In this document: positions 62,959-64,000 of the stretch, in pieces
Layout: every line of letters begins with the position of its first letter
Numbering within the stretch: the first letter of the stretch is position 1
Assembly: GCA_963719635.1 (NCBI GenBank)
Contig: CAVRCS010000005.1
Coordinates: 72,455-136,454 of the forward strand
From: an uncultured Thermoplasmata archaeon
GTDB lineage: Archaea; Thermoplasmatota; Thermoplasmata; Lutacidiplasmatales; UBA184
Direction: 5' to 3'
DNA length: 64,000 bases
Program-made: the position numbers and the translations under genes
The notes under the pieces: model-generated
The model's input: only the letters and a program-made list of their open reading frames with translations
What the model was told of the DNA's origin: nothing
Databases searched by the model: none

Positions 62959-63064
62959 GGCGAGGGAGGCAGGACGATAACGTTCGCGCCGGGGCCCGAC
63001 CGGCCGCCGGGTGCGTGACGAAAGGCCTATGTAGGCGGTCCCGGGCTAGTATGCTTTCTCCGAG

Positions 63065-63979
63065 ATGACCGCCGCTGCACGTCCGGGGCGCGCGACCCGG
63101 CGAAGCTGGCGCCGGCGCGGTCGCCGGGGCCAGGTCGCGGCCGTCGCGACGATCTTGGGCCTGATGCTGCTCGTGACGATGATCGGCAACTATCTCGCGA
63201 CGCAGCTCCCCGCCCAGATGCGGGTGAACGACGCGAACCACGCGCTCCTGGTCGAGGACCAGGTCATGAACCTGGACGCCGCGCTGCGCGCGGCGACCAA
63301 CCACGCCGACCTTGGGGGCGTCTTCAGCGAGCCGATCACGCTCGGCTCCGGCTCCACGCCGCCGTTCGGCCCTCCCGACAGCGCGGTCATCGGCCCGGGG
63401 CGAACGGGGACCGGCGTCAACGACTGGTACAAGGTCACGGAAGGGACGCAGACCGTCCCGATCTCGAACTCCGGCGGCGCCGGCGCGTCGTTCGTCATCT
63501 TCCTGCGGAACTCCTACACGCCGACCGCCGACATCGCCATCGACCAGGGGGCGGTCGTCTACGCCCAGTCGCACGGTCTGCCTCTCCTGCTGGTCGGGCC
63601 CGCGATCAACTACACCGGCGGGACGCTCAGCCTGTGGATTCCGGAGTTCGACGGGACGATCGGCTCCGAGGCCGGCGTCGGCGTCGCCGAGCTCGCGGTG
63701 CGCTACACCTCCGTCCAGAGGGTGAGCCTGCCGTACGACGGGGCGACCCTGGCCGCCTCCAGCTCGGTGACCGTCACCGTCGTGACGCAGTTCGCGTCGG
63801 CGTGGCTGAGCTACCTCGACAACCAGGGGTTCTCGGGGATGGTCAGCTGCGCGCCAGCGACCTCGAGCGTCTGCGTCGGACCGTTCTCGTTCAACGGCGG
63901 GCTGGGGAAGATCACCCTCACCGTCCCGGCGACGGCGCTCGACCTCGTGATCGCGACGTACTCTATCGGGCTGTCGTAG
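63065..63979 (+). CDS. archaeal type IV pilin-like protein (class III signal peptide)
   Basis: RRRGRRGQVAAVATILGLMLLVTMIGNYL fits the [KR]G[QA]-hydrophobic prepilin peptidase motif. The remainder is beta-rich and extracellular-like. Confidence 0.6.
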   Translation: MTAAARPGRATRRSWRRRGRRGQVAAVATILGLMLLVTMIGNYLATQLPAQMRVNDANHALLVEDQVMNLDAALRAATNHADLGGVFSEPITLGSGSTPPFGPPDSAVIGPGRTGTGVNDWYKVTEGTQTVPISNSGGAGASFVIFLRNSYTPTADIAIDQGAVVYAQSHGLPLLLVGPAINYTGGTLSLWIPEFDGTIGSEAGVGVAELAVRYTSVQRVSLPYDGATLAASSSVTVTVVTQFASAWLSYLDNQGFSGMVSCAPATSSVCVGPFSFNGGLGKITLTVPATALDLVIATYSIGLS

Positions 63980-64000
63980 CGCGGCGGCGCTACCGGCTCG

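Noticed and set aside
1-64000. CRISPR arrays, rRNA and tRNA genes
   Set aside because: No regularly spaced direct repeats were seen, and no rRNA-like or cloverleaf-compatible sequence was found in any intergenic region inspected by eye. A tRNAscan/Infernal run would be needed to be certain.

Overview
High-GC (roughly 68-70% by eye) archaeal chromosomal segment. The archaeal assignment rests on the L7Ae-S28e-L24e ribosomal cluster, RadA, an archaeal-type TyrRS, a type-2 MetAP, an archaeal SRP (7S) RNA and a class-III-signal pilin-like protein. Most of the window is densely packed housekeeping and metabolic genes: glyA, purC, purH, metE halves, malic enzyme, ndk, tsaC, map, a molybdate/tungstate ABC operon, hutH, mutY and trxA. 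Many of these genes are joined by 4-nt GTGA/ATGA start-stop overlaps. The main accessory feature is a ~13.2 kb lower-GC island (about 22.8-36.0 kb) that ends ~16 nt past the 3' end of the SRP RNA gene. The island carries an IS630 element with an A8 slippery site and TA target duplication, an IS6-like SWIM-finger transposase, a type II R-M system with a small wHTH gene and recurring GTCAA(A)C motifs, SAP-domain and other membrane proteins, and a translationally coupled four-gene module. That module (wHTH, restriction-endonuclease-like 308-aa protein, 105-aa ORF, 944-aa Ski2/Hel308-like helicase) is the best candidate here for a divergent Hachiman-like or undescribed defence system. Other notable points: a Ni-SOD/SodX pair in an archaeal context; a 25-aa peptide with 9 Cys lying divergent from a Cys-rich HxlR regulator; a Cas4-like nuclease with a TM hairpin inserted into the conserved L7Ae-S28e-L24e-ndk cluster; a HerA/FtsK-like ATPase with wHTH and nuclease-like tail next to a 740-bp ORF-free structured region; and nested IS remnants at the left edge. 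At least nine genes, including essential ones, show single-base frameshifts, mostly in G runs, which points to sequence error rather than decay. No CRISPR array, rRNA or tRNA was found.
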